Positions 62,294-64,000 of a stretch of DNA of 64,000 nucleotides are shown here, in pieces. The notes under the pieces were generated by a model. The model had not been told where the DNA came from. It did no database searches and saw nothing but the letters and a program-made list of their open reading frames with translations. Within the stretch, counting starts at the first letter, position 1, and every line of letters starts with the position of its first letter. The DNA lies in NCBI GenBank assembly GCA_963514005.1, contig OY740789.1:51398001-51462000 (forward strand). The letters run 5' to 3'. The stretch is from Raja brachyura. Taxonomy: Eukaryota. A program made the translations under genes and the position numbers.

Positions 62294-62509
62294 TCTCTGG
62301 TTGTTTGCTGCACTTACGCCTATTGCTCTGAGAAAATTGACAACTATGCTGTCATTGTGATAGGCAACTGAATAGAAATATGAAACTCATGGGGCACACA
62401 GTCTTCTTTCTCATCTAACCCCATCAAAGAGGAGGACCCGCCGTCAGAGCTCAATTGCATTGTCTATGACTCGAATGGCCGAAACCCTTTAAATGTTAAT
62501 GCTCCTAAG
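62294..62509 (+). other. Candidate internal (5' UTR-type) exon
   Basis: Acceptor TTATTTATTTCAG| in unique sequence and weak donor AAG|GTTGAT. No open frame. Confidence 0.25.
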
Positions 62510-62829
62510 GTTGATAATTCTTTACGTTGATTTCCGTACAATTTTTTTTCTCGCCTTCCTTGACCCAGCCTCCATAATAGTACTTTGTTCCTGCTATGCG
62601 TAATGAAAATGGGTAGGAATGCACCTTTTACAGATACAAGTGAATTGCATTAACAAGGATCTGTTGTTGAATGCAGCCGTGTGTGGAATTGCTTTGTTCT
62701 TTTAACTGCTATTTATAAATGTGTAAATAAGAAAGACTTCGATACTTTCATGGCAGTGGTGCATTTCATCAACCCTGCCTGCCTTGGCTATGGAAACTGG
62801 TCCATGTTTTATCGGGTCTTACTGTCATG

Positions 62830-63386
62830 GTAGGGGGAGGTGGTGGAAGGGGGGTATGGGGGAGTGTGGGGGTAGAGGGAGATGGGGAAGTGGGGGTGTT
62901 GGAAGGGGGAGTGGCCTCAGCAGACGCAGCTCACACTCTGCTCACCCCACACCTTAAGCTTTCAGCCTCACGCAGTAGCTCCCGGTACCACTCCGACTTC
63001 GCTCAGAGGCTTCTGGTTCAATGCAGCTCCGAGCCCGTCGTGCTGGTCGCCGCAGAAGCAGCCGCCATGCTGCTCTCTGCCCGTACGCTGCACACGGACT
63101 CAGCCCCGCCTCTGGGGATTTATTCTCCGCGGGTGCCGGTAGGAGCGTTACCTTCATGGTAACTGACAGGCGAGAAGATCAATCTGCTGATCTCACGATT
63201 TTTTTAAACCTTCATACCTTTTCTAATATTTCACCGATCGGAACAAAACTTGGTGCACTTGGTGCAGAGGAGAATGGTGAGTAAGGTGGCAAAAGAAATC
63301 CTAGCGGTATACGGTATCATTTTTGCATAAATTTAAAAAAAAGCAACCGGAAGAGCACAAGATGAGAGTTTTAGAAATAGAATAGA
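62830..63386 (-). mobile_element. Helitron-like element (3' end missing), same family as 58921-59577
   Basis: Shared blocks GCAGAC.CAG.TCACACTCTGCT and TTTCACCGATCGGAA...CAAGATGAGAGTTT. TC start at 63386. Confidence 0.75.
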
Positions 63387-64000
63387 CTTGACCAAGTGCG
63401 ACCTGTTGTGTCCCGTCCTCTCAACACGCGGTTACATGGGGGTGGGGGAGGGGGGGTGCGACCTGCGGCATCACACACTAACCACCACACACACGCACAC
63501 GCACACACGCGCGCGCGCACTAACCACCCCACACATGCACGCACACACACATACCAACCACCCCCTTGATATTATATCAATATTGATTTATTCCTTTTAC
63601 TCCACCCCCCACCCTATCCACTCACTCATAGCCCACAACTCGCAGGCACGGCGGGAGAGGGAGGGAGGGCCGGGGCAGAGGGCGGGTGCAAAAGTGGAGA
63701 CAGGGCAGAGACATAGGGCAGGGACAGAGGGCAAGAATGGGTAGAGGGAGTTGGGGGGGGGGGGGGAAGGCAGAGTGGGGGGGAGGCAGAGAGGGAGCAG
63801 GGGGGGAGCAGAGTGGGAACGGGAAGTGGGCAGAGAGGGAGGGGGTAGAGTTTGAGGGGTAGGGGGGGCGCGCGGCACCACAGAGTAGGGCTGGTTCCCG
63901 AACACTACCAGTCGCCAGGCTCGGCCTGCGGCAGCAACCTCCCCACCGTGCGCCAACCCAGGGCAAGTACAGGGCCCGACTTGCTTGTTCTTTCTGTGTC
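63387..64000 (-). mobile_element. Second Helitron-like element in tandem
   Basis: CTTGACCAAGTGCGACCTGTTGTGTCCC is a variant of the CTAGACTAAGTGGGACCCGTTGGGTCC terminus. Confidence 0.6.

Noticed and set aside
62294-62509. 72-codon frame interrupted only by two TGA codons (selenoprotein?)
   Set aside because: No resemblance to known selenoprotein families, no SECIS visible and a weak donor; compatible with chance.

Overview
Vertebrate nuclear DNA, most likely from a cartilaginous fish (skate or ray). This is inferred from the repeat content: HE1-like V-SINEs, CR1/HER1-like LINEs, Penelope-like fragments, Rex1/Babar, fish-type L1, Harbinger/hAT/Tc1-type MITEs, Helitron-like elements and a decayed Gypsy. 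I could not identify any host protein-coding exon; every recognisable ORF comes from a transposon. A CpG-island promoter facing the + strand lies at about 52.7-53.7 kb, directly after a 1.6-kb tandem array made of Sp/KLF GC-box and CRE half-site units. The top finding is a 134-bp retroposon (48970-49103, minus strand). Its first 54 nt fit a compact HDV-like self-cleaving ribozyme, and the predicted cleavage site matches the element's 5' end. Minimal hammerhead-ribozyme motifs also occur at Penelope-like termini, alongside several fold-back and nested insertions. Family assignments come from reading motifs by eye, not from database searches. Boundaries of decayed repeats are approximate.
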